From the NCBI RefSeq assembly GCF_006345805.1, contig NC_043016.1, forward strand, positions 21,142,001 through 21,206,000: 64,000 nucleotides of DNA. Reading direction: 5' to 3'. The number at the start of each line of letters is the position of its first letter. Within the stretch, counting starts at the first letter, position 1. The notes beneath the pieces are model-generated. The model saw only the letters and a program-made list of their open reading frames with translations. It was not told the DNA's origin and did no database searches. Both the position numbers and the translations under genes were made by a program. This document shows, in pieces, positions 14,001-27,038 of this stretch. The DNA comes from Octopus sinensis (Eukaryota).

Positions 14001-15149
14001 CTTCAAATCTTTATTACTCATAGTCCACCATCTATCATCAACCTACCACCTGTGCTGACTGCATCATCCTCATCATTCTGACTCTCTCACCCTTTGCTAG
14101 TTCTATATATAAATGACTGACCACTTTCGTCACACAAACTTTACCCTTCTATACTGCCACCCATCACTCTCCTCTACAACAGTTGTAATGCCACCTATCA
14201 CCTACTCTTACCATTGTCTCATTATCCACCCTTACACTTGTACTCCTACATTTTTCTGATGTCATCAGCTTCTTTCCTTCTCTCCTTGACCACCTAAGCA
14301 ATATGCACAACCTGTGTTGTTGAGTAACCCTTGTCACCCATTTCTGGCCTTTCTGCTGTTATCTTCCTCTCCCATTACCATTTTCAGTCTATATTCTTAG
14401 GTACTGAGTGCTCTGTGTATTTATTGTGTACAATGTATCCAGCTGAGAATTTAATTTCTTCTGTGCTGAATAACTTCCTTTATGGTGATACTGTTGATGA
14501 CTCTGTAGATTAATTCTTGTATAGAAGAGTCAATGGCATTGACTACATGGTAATATTGTTGGTGTGTAGATTAAAACAGTACAATTTCTTATATGCTACT
14601 AAATTTATGTGATATGTAGCGTGAACAGTTCAATTTATGATATTATGTGGCTTAGGGTGTATTAATAATAATAAGTTTTAAATATTAGCGCTATGTTAAA
14701 ATAGCATCCATCTTTGCTTATACGTTATGTCTACCGTTTCAATCTAAACATATATAACTTCCCTGGTGAACCATACTCCTGTTCTGTAAGTAGGTTTCCT
14801 CCCCTATACCCATGTACTTGTGTGCATGCGCCTGTTAGAGTACCATATAAGTGTATATACTTATGTGAACCTCGTATATATGTCAATGTGGATGTATGTG
14901 CTTATGAGTATATATGCATTTACATCTATGTGTACCTTTATGTGGACTACATGTTCATAGGTGTAAGGGTATATGGTTGTATGTGTGTGTATATATGTAT
15001 ATATATGGATTTATGGGTGTGAGTCTATGTATATGTAAGATTCATACTATGCTGTGAGGGTTTGTATATGTAGACATATATGATGTATATATATAAACAT
15101 ATAAGGTGTGTATGTATATATATGGACATATATGACTACTTTCATGCCC

Positions 15150-16620
15150 TTCTTACCCCTCTCTTTACTGGCCCTTAATCTGGATGTTGTATGGGAGTGA
15201 AGAAATTATACTTCATTGAAGCGAATACACGATGTACTAAGGTTCTACACTACCTAGCATGTGTTTGCATAGATCTTTTCAGACACAGACAAAAGCCCCA
15301 CAACTACCTTCTTATTGTCCCTCCCAAGTACACAATTTTAGGGCTGCAAACTATCAAAGTTGGCACAATGAAGGGGCGATCTGGTGTGATTATCAAAATG
15401 ATGGAGTATCACCATGTCAATGTGTGTGGTATGCAAGAAGTGAGATGGAAATGGCCTCTACTAGATTCCTCATAGGTAAGAGACAGAGCTACAAATTCTT
15501 CTGGATAGGCAGAAGTGATGAAGTTGGTAGTGTGGACATATTCTTAGAAGAAAAGTGGGTAGATAAGGTAGTCAAAGTTTGCAACAGGTAAGTTGAAATT
15601 TATCATAAATAGATTAACAGTTATATTTATCTCTACCTGGGCTGACTGATGACCAGAAGGACCAATTCTATGAGGTAATTTTGCAAATTACCTCAAATGA
15701 ATTCATTATTGTGGCTGGCGACTTTAATGGACTTGGTGTGTAGAATACCCATGGATTCCATGGTGTGCATGGTGGTTATGACTTTTGCCCCAGGAATGAG
15801 GAAACAAGGCTTCTGGAGTTCTGTGATGCAAACGATCTCATGATCTGCAACACTAACTTCAGAAAACCAGCCAGCCACCTAATCACTTATCAGACTGATG
15901 GGAACATAAACCAGGTAGATTACCTCCTCACCAGGCAAGAGATATGCTGATGTTCACAAATGCAAAGTCTTTCTCAAGTGAAGAATGTACACCAAAACAT
16001 AGGCTACTAGTTTGAGATTTCAGAATTAGGGCTAGAGAGATTTGGAGAATTAAACCACACTGGAAAAGATTATGGAAACTCAAAGACTTAGCAAACCAAC
16101 AAAAATTTAGAGATATTCTACTGGAAGCCTATGATGATAGAGAGGAGGAGGAAGAAGGGACATGTAGCTTAGAGAGCAAATGGAATTTTCTGTGGAACAA
16201 TTTGAGTGCCACTTACCAAATCTGGCTGGTACAAAGTTCCAGCTAGGATGAGGGTGACATGGTGATTGAACAAGGAAGTGGACAGCGCTATAAAAGCAAA
16301 GAGACAGGTCTAGAAAGACTAGAAGAATGGTGTAAGCAGAGCATTATATCTGGGAGTCTAGGTGACGGGTTTACATAGCAAAAGGAATATAAGTTCACCA
16401 ATGTTCGACAGCATGAGGTGTTCAGGATTGCAAAGGGAAGAACTGAGATGTGGCAGGTGAGAAATGTCGATGAATGCATAATGGTATGCTTATGCTTAAT
16501 GACTTAGAGAAGAAAGATGTGTGGAGATGCCATTATGAAAGATTATTAAATGTGGAGAATGATTGGGAGAAGAAGAGTCTTTCAAATATCAAACCAATTG
16601 AGGGACCAGCCACTTGGGTA
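15150..16620 (+). mobile_element. RTE LINE 5' / AP-endonuclease region, degenerate
   Basis: VGTMKGRS..QEVRW, GDFN, LLEFCDANDLMICNTNFRK and QVDYLL. Confidence 0.8.
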
Positions 16621-16799
16621 GTCTCAGACTTGTGCTTCAAATGATTTGGGTTCAAGTCCAGTGACTTTCAGTGTTGCTTCAAGTTGGTCCTTATATCTTT
16701 GAAGAGGGCTCACTGAATAAGACTTGGAGTGGGAACTTTGACTCTTCCATTCTTGTTACATGTCCTGACCATCAAAAATTATGTTCTGTGACCAGAAGT

Positions 16800-18118
16800 T
16801 CGATACTTTGACTGTTGGTCCTTTCTTTTTTGTTAGTCACATAGTGTTCCCCCCATTTGTTGTTCAAGATTGAACAAAGCTTTTGCAGGTGAAAGCGTAT
16901 TAATTATTGGATGTTGCAACAATATAGAGCCCAGGTTTCACAGTCATATGGCAATGTTGAAATGACTAAAGCATTATAGACCAAAATTTTTGTTTTTAAG
17001 TTCAGATCTTTGTTGTTGAAGACATTTGATTAGCTTTCCAAATGCCCCATGTGCAGCTGCAATTGTGTTCCACATCCTTTGCTGATGTGCACTTATTTGA
17101 TAAAAGGCTTTTTAAACATGAAAACTGCTCTATGGTAATATCAAAATCTGGTATTTGGGATTTGGTTTTCTTTATGTTTACCGTAAGGTCAAAGCTATGG
17201 TAGGCTATAGCAAAGTTGTATACAAACTGTTGGAGTTCTTTTGAATGACAGAGGGCAGCATTGTTGGTCAGTCATTGAAGTTCTGAGATGTGTGTTAGAC
17301 ATTTAGATTGAAATCTACTAAAATTGAAAAGTCCTCCATCATACCAATATCTGATGCTAACTTCTAGATTGCCTGGTGGAAGTTCTAGAAGCCTTGCATC
17401 CAGATACAAGATGAATAGCATAGGTGCCAAGATATATCCTTGTCTTAGTCCGCACATGATAGGAAATTTTTATGACATTGTGTTTTTGGTGGAATACACA
17501 TTCAGATATTGCCATGCATTGCTTGAACCAGAGAGATAAAGTGGTCAGAATATCCAAAACAGGGAAGGACCTTCCACAAAGCAGCTCTTGGAATGCTATC
17601 AAAGGCCTTTCTAAGTCATTGAAAACAAAGAAAAAAGGTTTTGTTCTTCCCTGCTTTTCTCTTGGAGATACTTTGCATGGAAAATTCATGTCAAGTGTGC
17701 CACAAGAGGCACAGAATCGACATTGAGATTCTGATAGGATCTTTTCAACGATGGTCTGGAGCTGATTTATAAGAATCCTGGCAAAGATCTTTCCATTGAT
17801 GGTGAGTAATGATATTCCTCTATGGTTCCTACAGGCTTTTTGATCAACTTTTTTGAAGATAATTATGTCAACTGCATTTTTCAATTCTTTAGGAACTTAC
17901 TTTACTTTACTTACTTTTACTTGTTTCAGTCATTTGACTGCGGCCATGCTGGAGCACCGCCTTTAGTCGAGCAAATCGACCCCGGGACTTATTCTTTGTA
18001 AGCCTAGTACTTATTCTATCATTCTCTTTTGCTGAACCGCTAAGTGACAGGGACGTAAACACACCAGCATCGATTGTCAAGCAATGCTAGGGGGACAAAC
18101 AAAGACACACACGCATAC

Positions 18119-18149
<31 letters not shown>

Positions 18150-18975
18150 TACAACAGGCTTCTTTCAGTTTCCGTCTACCAAATCCACTCACAAGGCATT
18201 GGTTGGCCCGAGGCTATAGCAGAAGACACTTGCCCAAGATGCCACGCAGTGGGACTGAACCCACAACCATGTGGTTGGTAAGCAAGCTACTTACCACACA
18301 GCCACTCCTGCGCCTATTGAGATTTCTTGTTGAGATTTTTACATCTTCAGAATGAGGGTAAAGATTTAAGTGTGCAAAGGTAAGCCTCCCTGTTTGATCA
18401 GTTCAAAAGGAATGTTATCTGGGGATATTTCATGAAATTTCATTTGCTTCTTAACTTGCTTGAATTCTTGAAATGTAAGCTTCATGTTCATTCACAGCTG
18501 AGGAGGATGATTCGGAATGTTCCTCAGGAAGTCCTCAGCTGTTTAGGAGGGTGGGAAAATATTCCCTCCAGCCTAGGAGTATGTTTTGTGTATTGATCAG
18601 GATGTTTGTATTATCAGCTGCAAGAAGGGATCCAACTGATGTTTGTACTGATCCAAATAGTTGTTTTATTCCAGGATTGAAATTTCTGAGATGATGTGCA
18701 TCTGCAAAAGTTTGACTACTTTTTGTTGCCACCAAATGTTCAACAGTTCTCTTAGTTTTATTTGACAGTCCTGTTTTAGCTTGTATTAGAGATGGTAATA
18801 CCAAAATCTGGTATTTGGGGTTTGGTTTTCTTTGTGTTTACCGTAAGGTCGAAGCTATGGTAGGCTATAGCAAAGTTGTATACATACTGTTGGAGTTCTT
18901 TTGAATGACAGAGGGCAGCATTGTTGTCAGCTCATTGAAGTTCTGAGATATGATGCATGTGTGTTAGACATGGAC
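16800..18975 (-). mobile_element. Degenerate RTE/BovB-like LINE interrupted by a SINE
   Basis: CRNHRGISLLTINGKIFARIL, GLRQGYILAPMLF and DGGLFN. Confidence 0.75.
17896..18315 (-). mobile_element. tRNA-derived SINE family A (other copies ~4760-4950, 36180-36545, 41220-41590, 41690-42030, 62360-62670)
   Basis: Head GGCGCAGGAGTGGCTGTGTGG..GGTTCAGTCC and tail ctccagcatggccgcagtcaaatgactgaaacaagtaa; multiple copies. Confidence 0.85.
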
Positions 18976-19959
18976 CAATGACTCTGAGAGTGATGCTGTA
19001 GGAGTTCTAAACTCTTGATAGGTCCACTCTTGGCAGCAAGGTCAAAGATGAGTAGCCAAACTAAGCACAACCAACCCCCAAAGACCCCAATTGTGGATCA
19101 AGCAGATTGTGGTTACAACAGATCTCAATGGTTGAAACAGCAGATGAAGAGGGCTATGCATGATGGATATGCTACAGAAGGAGCCACTCAAAACTATAAC
19201 TAGGTCAGCAGCATTCTGTTGCAGTTTCATAACTAGATACTGCATCTCTCTTTTCATATGTGCTGCAGATGAAGGTCATGAAATCAAGGAAGATTAAGAT
19301 AGCATGGTAATTTATAGTCAACTTGACCTTTTTTTTTTCTTTTTTTTTTATTTGTGTGTTTTGTATTTTGATTGCAATTGTATTTTATATGTGCTACATC
19401 TATTATTACTTTTGTCTGTAAACTGCTGGGAACGACACATCATTTTGGGTATACATTATCCTGCCTAAGTGAAATGTCAAAGGAATAAAAGGAAGGACTT
19501 ATTTAAATAATCACCTGGGAAGGTGCATTTTACACCTTGGATGTAAGATAATGATTGAACATCTCACCAATATATTAAGGATGTAAAAATGTGTTGAAAC
19601 AATTGTAGTGATTTTAAATAATGAATGTCATTACTTCCATTTTCTATCAATCATTTATATAAACCCTATGGATACTATGGAATTCCTGATTTGTATTGAG
19701 TAATGAAAGAATTTCCATTGTATGGTGACATCAGGAAGCCAATAACTGTGGATAAGATTTGCATAGCATTGACCAAAGTCTTTACCTGAATCTTATTTAA
19801 CTAAATAGTTATGTGTATGTATGAGTGTATAAATATAAGTACATAGATAGATAGATACATACATACATACATACATGCATACATACATACATACATATAT
19901 ATCATCAACTTCAACTTCAACTTCAACAGCTACTTCTATATGAGATCTAAATCATCTAC

Positions 19960-21000
19960 ATGCTCGAATCAAGTGGTCCTGGTTAATTTTGGACATTACT
20001 CTAACTATGGCAGCTTTCATAGAACCTTTGGTGCTATGGATGTGTTCATTGATGTCTCTCTCAACAACGCTCCCCACGGATTGAGATCAGGGGAATTAGA
20101 AAACCAAATGTTAGGTGTCATATGATCAGGAAAATTTTCAGCCATCCATTCCTGTATTACTAGAGTCATATGTGATAGTGCAGAGTCTTACTGAAACACA
20201 TATGGCCTTCCATTGCATACACTGTCTATCCAGGGCTTAACAATTATTTCTAGGACCTCAATGTGGGTGGCAGAGTTAACTCTAAGGCCTTGTGGAAAGA
20301 AGTAAGGAGGCTGACAACCCCTAAAACCATGACAGTTGCAGGAAATTTTGTATGCATAACAATTGGAACTTCAGAAGGGTCTACACATAACCATCTGTCA
20401 TATCTTGTTAACTTTTTGATCTTGGTTGAAGTTTTTCTCATTTCAGAAAAACCAAATCAAATCTTCTGCTGCATTTCTCAATTTGTTTAAGAGCCATTTA
20501 GATCTGATGTAGTGATTTTCTTTTGAATTTTCTGACAAATTGACCATTCCTCATTATGTAAGGCATATCTGATGTCTTCATGGACAGCATTTCTGACTGT
20601 TCCTTCTGACACATGAAGACTTTCTGCAATTAACCTCATGGACTTTCTGAGATTGTAATCAATGGTCTGTTGAACTTGCTGGATAAATTCAGGTGTTCTG
20701 ATGATTTCAGAGCATTTAGAATGCTTTTTATGCTTTGATACTGGTGATAAATGTACATCTTCAGCCTCTAACTCCTTACAAATTTTGTGGACGAAAGATC
20801 TGACAACTTTTAAAAATCAAGATATTTCTAAATCGCTATGCTCAGCCTTTATAACCACAATAACAGCATGCCTCTTCCTTTCTTGAGTAAGCTGAGGGAC
20901 TACCATTATTATTTTCTGAAAGAAAGATTATACAGAGATATCAAAAAAATGCAGCAATGACCCCAAAAAGGTATGTCCTGAAATACCTTACGCACCCTAT
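19960..21000 (-). mobile_element. Tc1/mariner-superfamily transposase remnant
   Basis: TKFPATVMVLGVVS and NSPDLNP remnants; TA-TAGGGTG terminus near 21000. Confidence 0.7.
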
Positions 21001-21001
21001 A

Positions 21002-21092
<91 letters not shown>

Positions 21093-21108
21093 ATATATAA
21101 TATATATG

Positions 21109-21198
<90 letters not shown>

Positions 21199-21208
21199 TA
21201 TGTATATA
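21001..21208. repeat. (TA)n microsatellite
   Basis: Direct reading. Confidence 0.95.
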
Positions 21209-21358
21209 TTCAAAGAGCAATAAAGATTCAAGTTAATTTTAAAAATTTACTTGAATATGGTACCTAACTTAGATGCACCAAAAAAAACTATACTGATTTA
21301 ACAATACAGTAATGTGGGGTGATTATAAGCGAGAAAGAAGCAACAAGAATGGATAGGT

Positions 21359-21448
21359 TTTTAGTACGATCGTTTCATACAAGGACAGGTTTTATTAAAA
21401 GTTGCAAAGATTACAGCATATAAACGAGTCCGTACTCATCAGCTAAAA
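21359..21448 (-). ncRNA. Type I hammerhead ribozyme motif (left arm of palindrome)
   Basis: Reverse complement reads TTTTAG-CTGATGA-GTACGGAC..GTCCTTGTAT-GAAAC-GATC-GTA-CTAAAA. Minimal palindromic stem III of the Penelope type. Confidence 0.75.
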
Positions 21449-21829
21449 TACATGTAAGTTCTCTAGACATCCTAGTGTTTGAGGCTATACTCATGAAGTA
21501 ATGTAGATAATTAAACAGATTTCTAAAGTTCATTAAAGTTCTTTAAAGATGATGTACAGTCTTATCACAGAATTTTAAAAAAGTTTTGATAGCATCACAG
21601 AGAAGGTGACCTAATCCATATGAATTTCCATAGATATGATGGGATTATGGAAATTCATATGGATTAGGTCACCTTCTCTGTGATGCTATCAAAACTTTTT
21701 TAAAATTCTGTGATAAGACTGTACATCATCTTTAAAGAACTTTAATGAACTTTAGAAATCTGTTTAATTATCTACATTACTTCATGAGTATAGCCTCAAA
21801 CACTAGGATGTCTAGAGAACTTACATGTA

Positions 21830-21923
21830 TTTTAGCTGATGAGTACGGGACTCGTTTATATGCTGTAATCTTTGCAACTTTTAATAAAACCTGTCCTTGT
21901 ATGAAACGACGATCGTACTAAAA
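21830..21923 (+). ncRNA. Type I hammerhead ribozyme motif (right arm of palindrome)
   Basis: TTTTAG-CTGATGA-GTACGGGAC..GTCCTTGTAT-GAAACGACGATCGTA-CTAAAA: stems I, II and III present, intact core, GUA cleavage site. Confidence 0.75.
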
Positions 21924-21953
21924 ACCTATCCATTCTTGTTGCTTCTTTCTCGC

Positions 21954-21962
21954 GTATATATG

Positions 21963-21995
<33 letters not shown>

Positions 21996-22011
21996 TATAT
22001 ATATATATATG

Positions 22012-22077
<66 letters not shown>

Positions 22078-22232
22078 TGTATATATATAATGTATATATA
22101 TATATATTATGTATATATATATATGTATATATGTATATGTATATATGTATATATGTATATGTATATATGATATATATATATGTATATATGTATATATATA
22201 TATGTATATATGTATATATATATATGTATATG

Positions 22233-22289
<57 letters not shown>

Positions 22290-22310
22290 GTATTATATAA
22301 TATATATATG

Positions 22311-22342
<32 letters not shown>

Positions 22343-22488
22343 TGTAATATTATATATATATATGTATATATATGTATATATATGTATATATATATGTATA
22401 TTATGTATGTATATATGTTATATATGTATGTATATATGTATATATATGTATGTTGTGTGTATGGTATATATATATATATATATATACA
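21954..22488. repeat. (TA/TATG)n microsatellite
   Basis: Direct reading. Confidence 0.95.
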
Positions 22489-24109
22489 CATCATCATCAT
22501 CATCATCATCATCATTTAGCGTCCGTTTTCCATGCTAGCATGGGTTGGACGGTTCTACTGGGGTCTGTGAAGCCAGAAGGCTTCATCAGGCCCAGTCAAA
22601 TCTGGCAGTGTTTCTACGGCTGGATGCCCTTCCTAACGCCAACCACTCCGTGAGTGTAGTGGGTGCTTTTTACGTGCCACCCGCACTGGTGCCAGACAGA
22701 GCTGGCAAACGGCCACGAACGGATGGTGCTTTTTATATGCCACCGGCACGAGGGCCAGGCGAGGCTGGCAACGGACATGAAACGGGGCGGTGCTGGCAAC
22801 AGTCGCGAAACGGAAAGTTCTCTTACATGCCACCGGCACTGGTAACACATCTGCAATTTCCATTGATCGATTTCCATTGATCGATTTCGATTCTGATCCT
22901 CACTTGCCTCAATGGGTCTTCACAAGCAGAGTTTCGACATGCCACCGGCACTGGTAGCACATCCGCAATTTCCATTGATCGATTTCGATTTGATCCTCAC
23001 TTGCCTCAACACGTCTTCACAAGTAGAGTTTTGTGTCCCAAGAAGGGAAGGTATGCATACGTAGGCTGGCTCCATCCCATGTAGAAGGCCACGGGTTGTG
23101 GACTCACTTGTCCTGCCGGGTCTTCTCGCGCACAGCACACTTCTAGAGGTCTCGGTCTCTAGTCATTTCCTCAGTGAGACCTAAAGTTCGAAGGTCGTGC
23201 TTCACCACCTCGTCCCAGGTTTTCTGGGTCTGCCTCTTCCACAGGTTCCCTCAACCGCTAGGGTGTGGCACTTTTTCACACAACTATCTTCATCCATTCT
23301 CGCCACATGACCATACCAGCGCAAACGTCTCTCTTGCACACCACAACTGATGCTTCTTAGGTCCAGCTTTTCTCTCAAGGTACTTACACTCTGCCGAGTG
23401 TGAGTACCGGCATTACACATCCATCGGAGCATACTGGCTTCATTTCTAGCGAGCTACGCATATCCTCAGCAGTCACGGCCCATGTTTCACTGCCATGTAG
23501 CATGGCTGTTCGTACACACGCATCATACAGTCTGCCTTTCACTCTGTGCGAGAGGCCTTTTGTCACCAGCAGAGGTAAGAGCTCTCTGAACTTTGCCCAA
23601 GCTATTCTTACTCTAGCAGTTACACTTTCAGCACACCCGCCCCCGCTGCTGACTTGGTCACCTAGGTAACGGAAACTATCAACTATTTCTAGTTTTTCTC
23701 CCTGGAAAGTGACGGAAGTTGGTCTCAGAGCATTTTCAGTGTTTATTGTTCCTGAGCATCTGCCACATACAAAAACCATCTTCCTAGTTAGCCTTCCTTT
23801 GACATTGCTGCATCTCTTATGTGTCCATAGCTTACACTTGGTGCATCTTATAGAGTTTCTACTACACCTTTTCTACAGATCGAGCAGGGCCATCTACCTG
23901 AAGGGTTTGTGATTTGTCTACCTTCCTACTGATTACGACTTTGGTTTTAGCTAGATTGACTCTGAGGCCCTTCGATTCTAATCCTTGTTTCCACACCTGA
24001 AACTTCTCCTCCAGTTCTGATAGCGACTCAGCAATTAGAGCAAGGTCATCAGCATAGAGGAGCTCCCAAGGGCATCCTGTCTTGAATTCCTCCGTTATTG
24101 CCTGGAAGG
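22489..24109 (-). mobile_element. RTE-clade LINE, 5'-truncated, (GAT)n tail
   Basis: PWELLYADDL, RYLG and GRLYDACVRTAMLHGSETW; 3' UTR subrepeats. Confidence 0.9.
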
Positions 24110-24145
24110 ACTATATATATATATATATATATATTATATATGTAT

Positions 24146-25680
24146 CATCATCATCATCATTGTTTAGCGTCCGCTTTCCATGCTAGCATGGGTTGGACGG
24201 TTCTACTGGGGTCTGTGAAGCCAGAAGGCTTCATCAGGCCCAGTCAAATCTGGCAGTGTTTCTACGGCTGGATGCCCTTCCTAACGCCAACCACTCGTGA
24301 GTGTAGTGGGTGCTTTTTACGTGCCACCCGCACTGGTGCCAGACAGAGCTGGCAAACAGCCACGAACAGATGGTGCTTTTTATGTGCCACCGGCACGGGG
24401 GCCAGGCGGGGCTGGCAACGAACACGAACGGATGGTGCTTTTTACGTGCCACCGGCACAAGGCCAGTCAGGGTGGCGCTGGCAACGGTCGCAAAACGGAA
24501 GGTTCTCGTACATGCCACCGGCACTGGTAACACATCTGCAATTTCCATTGATCGATTTCGATTCTAATCCTCACTTGCCTCAACAGGTCTTCACAAGTAG
24601 AGTTTTGTGTCCCAAGAAGGGAGGTATGCATACGTAGGCTGGCTCCATCCCATGTAGAAGGCCACGGGTTGTGGACTCACTTGTCCTGCGGGTCTCTCGC
24701 GCACAGCACACTTCCAGAGGTCTCGGTCTTTAGTCATTTCCTCAGTGAGACCTAAAGTTCGAGGTCGTGCTTCACCACTCGTCCCAGGTTTTCCTGGGTC
24801 TGCCTCTTCCGCAGGTTCCCTAACCGCTAGGGTGTGGCACTTTTTCACACAACTATCTTCATCCATTCTCGCCACATGACCATACCAGCACAAATGTTTC
24901 TCTTGCACACCACAACTGATGCTTCTTAGGTCCAGCTTTTCTCTCAAAGTACTTACACTCTGCCGAGTATGAGTACTGACATTACACATCCATCAGAGCA
25001 TACTGGCTTCATTTCTTGTGAGCTTACGCATATCCTCAGCAGTCACGGCCCATGTTTCACTGCCATGTAGCATGGCTGTTCGTACACACGCATCATACAG
25101 TCTGCCTTTTACTCTGTGCGAGAGGCCTTTTGTCACCAGCAGAGGTAAGAGCTCTCTGAACTTTGCCCAAGCTATTCTTACTCTAGCAGTTACACTTTCA
25201 GCACACCCGCCCCCGCTGCTGACTTGGTCACCTAGGTAACGGAAACTATCAACTATTTCTAGTTTTTCTCCCTGGAAAGTGACGGAAGTTGGTCTCAGAG
25301 CATTTTCAGTGTTTATTATTCCTGAGCATCTGCCATATACAAAAACCATCTTCCTAGTTAGCCTTCTTTTGACATTGCTGCACCTCTTATGTGTCCATAG
25401 CTTACACTTGGTGCATCTTATAGAGTTTCTACCTACACCTTTTCTACAGATCGAGCAGGGCCATCTACCTGAAGGTGTTTGTGATTTGTCTACCTTCCTA
25501 TTGATTACGACTTTGGTTTTAGCTAGATTGACTCTGAGGCCCTTCGATTCTAATCCTTGTTTCCACACCTGAAACTTCTCCTCCAGTTCTGATAGCGACT
25601 CAGCAATTAGAGCAAGGTCATCAGCATAGAGGAGCTCCCAAGGGCATCCTGTCTTGAATTCCTCCATTATTGCCTGGAGG
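24146..25680 (-). mobile_element. RTE-clade LINE, near-identical tandem copy
   Basis: ORF 24993-25667 contains YADD; same truncation point and tail as 22489-24109. Confidence 0.9.
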
Positions 25681-26671
25681 CAATATATACAATAATATAT
25701 ATATATTGTTGTATTTTGGAATGGTCATTTAGCCAATAAAAACACACGCACTATATATTTGGTGTTATTTATTTTTTACATTAAACTTAATCATATTTCG
25801 GCCAGAGTTCTTTCGTCACACTCCTGTGACCGCATCAGTGGTCCTTTGCTTTCTTCTTTCTTATTTGTGTGTCTCTCCTTACTAACCGTCAGCCATTTTG
25901 TATTTCTATTGTATGTCTTCATTTGCGCATGCGTATATATCTATGTGCGTCTATGTTTAGTGAGTGTGTTTGTGTGGAGGGGGGAATGCCTGTAATATTT
26001 GTATCTTCTGTTTATATACGTTCGTGTAATTTGTTTTTGTTTTGTTTATTCTTATTTTGTTTGTGTTTACATCCACTTATTATTATTATTATTATCATTA
26101 TTATTATTATTACGTATGCTTGTATGTATGTATGTATAACAACAATACTAGTAATAATAACAATAACAAAATTTTTAAATTCAATATTTTGATGGCAGAC
26201 TTTGTCAGAATAATGCGAAATGTGTCCCGCATGTGCGAGCCTACAGAGTTAAAGAGACACATACAACATTTCGTTCACTGTTTCAACACACGATTTCACG
26301 TGTAAAAAATCTTGCACAACAAATATATATGTAATGTAATTAATAATAATATATATAAAATAATAACAACATAATGATAATAATAATAATAATAATGATG
26401 ATGTTAGTAATAATTGATTCTTGTTTATGTAGTCATGAGAATAGATGTGTGTATATGTTTCAGTCATGTATGTATATGACAAATGGTCTGTTTGCTTGGA
26501 CCTATGGTTTAATTGTGCTTATTTATGTATTTAAGCACATGTAAAGGTGTATACACTTTGCTTATGTATGTGTATATGTGTATGTGTATATGGATATTTG
26601 TTCATATTTATATATATTAAATTGTACATGTATCCTGTTTCATGTATTAATATTTTTAAAGTTCTTTATAA

Positions 26672-26795
26672 TCTCTGACGAGGCCTATGGTTATATATAA
26701 GTCTATTTTTAAATGCCTACAACCTCAATATAATTGACAACTATAGGCGCAGGGAAAAAAACTACTTTTATCCATAGGCTGAAACAGCTGTAAGA
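26672..26795 (+). ncRNA. Type I hammerhead ribozyme motif with long loop 2
   Basis: TCT-CTGACGA-GGCCTATGG..~80 nt..CCATAGGCT-GAAAC-AGCT-GTA-AGA. Confidence 0.75.
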
Positions 26796-27003
26796 GTGAT
26801 TTTAATGATTTCAATAATTTATATTAAGATTTTTATAATTGTATTCTTATCTTATATGTATTGAATTATAATGTATAGATGTATGTTATTAAGGTTCTCG
26901 TTTTGTTAAATGAATAAATAAGTTAACATTCTAATATCCGAAAGCTGATGAACCAACTTAATTGTTTCTCTATTTCCTTATTTGTATTATAATATATATA
27001 TAT

Positions 27004-27037
<34 letters not shown>

Positions 27038-27038
27038 A

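Larger units (their letters stand above)
21329..21953. repeat. Near-perfect inverted repeat (304/308-bp arms, 13-nt spacer)
   Basis: 21329-21632 is the reverse complement of 21646-21953 apart from a 3-nt and a 1-nt indel. Confidence 0.95.

Noticed and set aside
20909-22538. Long ORFs rich in I/Y/C/M
   Set aside because: Translations of (TA)n microsatellites.
22640-22850. CRISPR-like repeat-spacer pattern (ggtgctttttacgtgccaccggcac)
   Set aside because: Irregular subrepeats of the RTE 3' UTR in a eukaryote; no cas genes.
25785-25845. Hammerhead-like CTGATGC-GGTCA..TGGCC-GAAAT on the - strand
   Set aside because: The core deviates and there is no convincing stem I or cleavage triplet.
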